Source: Chiloscyllium plagiosum
Lineage: Eukaryota
Length of the DNA stretch: 25,805 nt
NCBI RefSeq assembly: GCF_004010195.1
Contig: NC_057719.1
Location: 81,258,682-81,284,486, forward strand
Reading direction: 5' to 3'
Under the pieces are notes generated by a model. The model did not search any database, was not told where the DNA came from, and saw only the letters and a program-made list of their open reading frames with translations. A program made the translations under genes and the position numbers. Positions 21,956 through 25,805 of this stretch are shown here, one piece after another. Position 1 is the stretch's first letter, and each line of letters starts with the position of its first letter.

Positions 21956-22142
21956 TATTTGCATCTAGAAGTCACAAACGCCACTGATCAATCAGAACTG
22001 CTAAGCAACATATCAGTTAGGTGCAGAAACAACACTTGTAAAAAGATTTGTGCCTTGTTCCCGCTCTCCCTGCCACCCAAGAAACCCTATTTTAGCAGCA
22101 TTTACCTACCTGTTTCAGGATGCTTTGGTTAGAGCGGGACAC

Positions 22143-22234
22143 ACAGAAATTCCATTGTACTTACATTGGCACACTGATCACAGCCAATAGGGGCCATGAT
22201 CAGCATTGCAATGCACATTGCGTGGAACTTCTGT
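22143..22234 (-). ncRNA. Candidate structured RNA hairpin (pre-miRNA-like or splicing-regulatory), or ancient palindromic MITE
   Basis: Two 43-nt arms align without gaps around a 6-nt loop: 29 Watson-Crick pairs, 7 G-U pairs and 7 mismatches on the minus strand. Confidence 0.45.
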
Positions 22235-22799
22235 AGTTTAAATTCAAATACAAGTTACAGTAGTATATTAGAGATGTCACCCTTTTAAAGAAATTGTGAA
22301 AAATTGGCTTTCATAGGAAGCAAATTCAAAGGCATTGTTTCCATCATCATTTGAAGTAATGAGCGATGAAATAAATGTTGCATTGGTCTGAATACAGAGA
22401 TCATACATAATTTAAAGAAAAGTAATCAAGTCTTTATTCCAAGTTTCATCAACATTGACTGAAGTATTGTTGAAGATGAGTTAAATTATTTTGATTCTTC
22501 TCATTCGATACACTTCTACAAGTGATTCAGAAGGAGTAAGGGCTTGACTTCACTCTCATATTTTGACAGCAGACAGTATCTTTCAGTTCCTATTGCAAAC
22601 ACAATCATGCTATTCAACATGTTTTATATTCAACTAAAACTCAATTCCAACCAATCAGCTTGATTAAACGAACTACTGCCAAATAATTCTGAAGGAATTG
22701 CAGAGATCAATCCAAAATGTGGCAATGTTCTTTATAATATCACTGGCACACATCAACCTCAACACTATGCAGAATGATAATACATCAAGAAATACACTG

Positions 22800-22967
22800 G
22801 AGGCCAACTGCAGACCTGATTTACAAACTCAAGAGATCTGGCAGCACCTCAGGAGAGAAAACAGAGGTCAGTGTTTCAAGCCTCAACGATCCTTATGCCA
22901 GACTGCTGTGCTTCACCAGCAATTTATATTTTTGTTACAGATTTTCAGCATTTGCAGTTCTTTGTTT
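22800..22967. mobile_element. Palindromic PLE-terminus-derived element, same type as 13745-13924
   Basis: Outer aactgcaga/tttgcagtt and inner tctggca/tgccaga inverted pairs, plus the ggagagaaaacagag motif. Confidence 0.6.
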
Positions 22968-23149
22968 ATAATTGGACACTGAATCTGTTGTATAACTTTT
23001 TAAAAACTGAGTCTTTAAATTCATAATTCAACACAAAGCAATTTAAAAATGAAAGGCTTATAGTTACAGTATTATGTGTTGACGTTGGTGGTAGTTCACC
23101 AGAATGGTTGGGGCGGGCGGGGCTGGTGGCAAATGAAGTGCTTGTCAAG

Positions 23150-23380
23150 TAAGAAGCAGTTGAGGACTCTGGATGTAGAATTGGAGTTTAGAAGGATGGG
23201 GGTGGATCTGATTGAAGCTTACAAAATAGAAGATAGAGTGGACATGGAGATGTTTCTTTCCTTGTAGAGACTAGGATCTGAAGGCATGGCCTCAGAGTGA
23301 AGCGATGACACTTTAGAACGGAGATGAGGAAGAATTCCTTCAGACAAGAGTCTAATGAATCTATGCAACTCATTGCTGGA
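23150..23380 (+). mobile_element. CR1 3' fragment
   Basis: LEFRRMGVDLIEAYKI...DRVDMEMF and gagatgaggaagaattccttcag. Confidence 0.8.
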
Positions 23381-23589
23381 TGACTCCTACATTTTATGAT
23401 GTTATGGTCTTCTCATTTTTCAATCTACTCCATGGCCCTCGAATAGATAGCCTTTGCCATCATATTAAATGAGTTTCTTCTTGCTCTACCACTTCTTGCA
23501 CAGTTTGCTCTGGTATGACATGCGTTTGTCAACGCGATCTTGATACAAGAGCATAATCAAGCACAAAATTTAGGGAATACATGACAAAA

Positions 23590-23730
23590 TGAAGTTTTAT
23601 GTAGTGCCTTTCACCACCTTGACATATCACAGAACACTTGACAGGGAAAGTATTTTTAAACTGTAGTCATTATTGTAAAATCAGAAATGAGACAGCCAGG
23701 ACATGAATTATTCTTAGTGGTAGTGTTGGA
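23590..23730 (-). mobile_element. Deu-SINE/L2-type 3' tail, decayed
   Basis: tttatgtagtgcctttcac...tgtagtcattattgtaa...gacagcca is the inverted SINE tail pattern. Confidence 0.5.
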
Positions 23731-24149
23731 TTTTTTTTAATGTATATAAAATAGATAGGGGCTAACATCAGTATCATGCATCAAAGGCTATGCCTCAGAC
23801 AATGGAGTCAGCTCTTGAGTTTTCAGATCAGTGAGTGCTTAGCTTTGCATCTGGTTGTACTATACTTGACATGGAAATCTTTAATGTGGATTTAATGTTG
23901 ACACCAGTTGGCTTTAATATTCTATTTCCCAGCTAACATCCTTCATCTCAAAGAAAGGGAGAATTGATTTGAGCGAGTTGGACAAATAGCAGAAAATTCA
24001 GATGATTCAGCTAGCTATCAGGTGCATACTAATTCAGCTGCCTCACAATGTCTCACTTAGAACTCCTCCAAACCAATTGCCAAATTTCAACAAAGTAACT
24101 ACATTTTTCAATTTGACATGAAGTTTTAAACACTCCTACAATCTAATGA

Positions 24150-24290
24150 ACTGCATTGCACCACCAAACTTTCAAACCTCAAAGTTGCCAACTACTGCAA
24201 GCTAGATTGTAGTCTCAATGTTCTGGAGTAGAGACTGAACCCCCACTTCCGGACGAAGTAGTGAGAATTTGACCCACTGTTCAGAGACAG
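24150..24290 (-). mobile_element. SINE 5' head, decayed
   Basis: gctagattgtagtctcaatgttctggagtagagactgaaccc...gacccactg includes an inverted B-box-like motif. Confidence 0.45.
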
Positions 24291-24608
24291 ACATAACTAA
24301 TTGATGGAAGTTAGGACTAATCTGCAATGGATTAATTGTGTAGTGCAGAGTATTAACTTTGCAAAATACTTTTTAAAAAATGGAGAATCCCCATGAGGAT
24401 TATCATCTTTCTTAGAGGATGCAATCAATGTTTAGATCATGAATTTTGATATGCAGAAAAATTACATTATTTAGGTATCATCTAGATCTCTCAGTAAGTA
24501 GCAGAACATTAAAGACAAGATGATCACAAGGTCAGATATTGCCAGCTATTGATCTGAACAAAACGTCTACCTGCGTATGCATCAGTTTTTGTACATTTCA
24601 GTATGCGT

Positions 24609-24715
24609 ACATAAATATGCATGAATGTGTGTATGCATCATTCAGCTCGAGCGTAATACACTGTCAAGTTGAGTCATCTGTTGACACAATCTAACGACTT
24701 GCACACTAATAACCA
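24609..24715. repeat. Left (donor) arm of a 107-bp inverted duplication
   Basis: Reverse complement of 25416-25522 with one mismatch. Confidence 0.97.
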
Positions 24716-25043
24716 ATTCGACAACAGCACTGGGACCCATAGAGCTATAAAGCAAGAAAAGGTCAACAGCATGGAAAGTAAAATTCAGCCACAAGGCACA
24801 GGAATTGCAATTAACAAAATATTGTGATACAAAGGGTTTCAGCTCATCTGCAATGAGATTTCTTTTTAAGCAGAGGCTACATTTGTCCTGAAATGTGAGG
24901 GGGGTACACTTCCTGCACATGTACAGATATAATGTCAGAGTTTGTGATTAGGAGAAGGTGAGGACTGCAGATGCTGAAAATCAGAGCTTACAAATGTGTT
25001 GCTGGAAAAGCGCAGCAGGTCAGGCAGCATCAAAGGAGAAGGA

Positions 25044-25080
25044 GAGTCAACATTTCGGGCATAAGCCCGTCTTCAGGAAT
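25044..25080 (-). ncRNA. Minimal type I hammerhead ribozyme motif of the PLE terminus
   Basis: Minus strand auucCUGAAGAc-gggc-uuau-gccc-GAAAuguugac has the CUGANGA and GAAA boxes and a perfect stem II. Confidence 0.7.
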
Positions 25081-25415
25081 GAGGAGGGTGTGCCAAGCAG
25101 GCTAAGATAAAAGGTAGGGAGGAGGGACTTGGGGGAGGGGCGTTGGGAATGCGATAGGTGGAAGGAGGTTAAGGGGAGGGTGATAGGCCGGAGAGGGAGT
25201 GGGGGCGGAAAGGTCGGGAAGAAGATTGCAGGTCAAGAAGGCGGTGCTGAGTCTGAGGGCTGGGACTGAGAAAAGTGGGGGGAGGGGAAATGAGGAAGCT
25301 AGAGAAATCGCATTCATCCCCTGTGGCTGGAGAGTTCCTAGGTGGAAGATGAGTCGCTCTTCCTCCAGACGTCATGTTGCCATGGTCTGGCGATGGAGGA
25401 GGCCAAGGACCTGCA

Positions 25416-25522
25416 TGGTTATTAGTGTGCAAGTCGTTAGATTGTGTCAACAGATGACTCAACTTGACAGTGTATTACGCTCTAGCTGAATGATGCATAC
25501 ACACATTCATGCATATTTATGT
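25416..25522. repeat. Right (inserted) arm of the 107-bp inverted duplication, inside the PLE
   Basis: AT-rich non-PLE sequence within the GC-rich PLE; 106/107 identical to the reverse complement of 24609-24715. Confidence 0.97.
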
Positions 25523-25805
25523 GGGCGCAAGTTTTGCATTTTTTGCGGTTGCAGGGGAACGTGCCGGGAGTGGAGGTTGGGTTGGTGGGGGGTGTGGATC
25601 TGACAAGGGAATCGCGGAGGGAGTGGTCTTTCCGGAATGCTGATAGGGGTGGGGAGGGAAATATATCCTTGGTGGTGGGGTCCGTTTGGAGGTGGTGGAA
25701 ATGACGAAGGATGATCCGATGTATCTGGAGGTTGGTGGGGTTCTGTCCTGGTGGCGATTGGAGGGGCGGTGTTCAAGAGCGGAGGAGCGGGAAGTGGAGG
25801 AGATG

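Larger units (their letters stand above)
24948..25805 (-). mobile_element. Young PLE: RT-EN linker, disrupted GIY-YIG, 3' UTR and hammerhead-bearing terminus; runs off the window
   Basis: Minus-strand DPTTKDIFPSPPLSAFRKDHSLRDSLVRS...GTFPCNRKKCKTCAH and MQVLGLLH...LEEERLIFHLGTLQPQGMN; CpG-rich. Confidence 0.92.

Noticed and set aside
22165..22230. Hairpin as miR-33 or miR-96 orthologue, or selenoprotein exon/SECIS
   Set aside because: Only seed-length similarity. There is no SECIS AUGA/GA quartet with apical AA, and no recognisable selenoprotein around the TGA.
22330..22395. C/D-box snoRNA
   Set aside because: C-box-like motifs lack a suitably spaced D box and terminal stem.
24642..25489. 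Two ORFs sharing the C-terminus VISVQVVRLCQQMTQLDSVLRSS
   Set aside because: A by-product of the 107-bp inverted duplication, not paralogous genes.
1..25805. CRISPR array, prokaryotic operon, retron or defence system
   Set aside because: No regularly spaced repeats or gene-dense organisation. All RT-like sequence is explained by vertebrate retrotransposons.

Overview
Eukaryotic, repeat-dense, non-coding DNA (intron or intergenic). The repeat types (HE1/V-SINE-like, Deu-domain SINE, CR1, L2, Penelope-like elements) point to a cartilaginous fish, probably a shark; this comes from recalled family patterns, not a database search. No intact host gene is visible. The recognisable ORFs are transposon relics: Gypsy RT/RNase H, CR1 EN/RT, and Penelope RT/GIY-YIG. 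A 500-N gap at 9197-9696 splits the window. The most interesting signals are: (1) a 92-nt hairpin at 22143-22234 whose G-U pairs strongly favour the minus strand and which encloses a candidate 66-nt exon with both splice sites in the stem; (2) a 107-bp, 1-mismatch inverted copy of nearby DNA (24609-24715 to 25416-25522) that replaces the GIY-YIG core of a young Penelope element; (3) hammerhead-ribozyme-bearing Penelope termini, including a ~116-bp solo insertion with a target-site duplication; (4) a head-to-head Penelope insertion inside an older Penelope endonuclease, with a filled/empty MITE site pair; (5) a candidate 24-nt microexon. Repeat boundaries are approximate. I found no firm evidence for a wholly new biological system.
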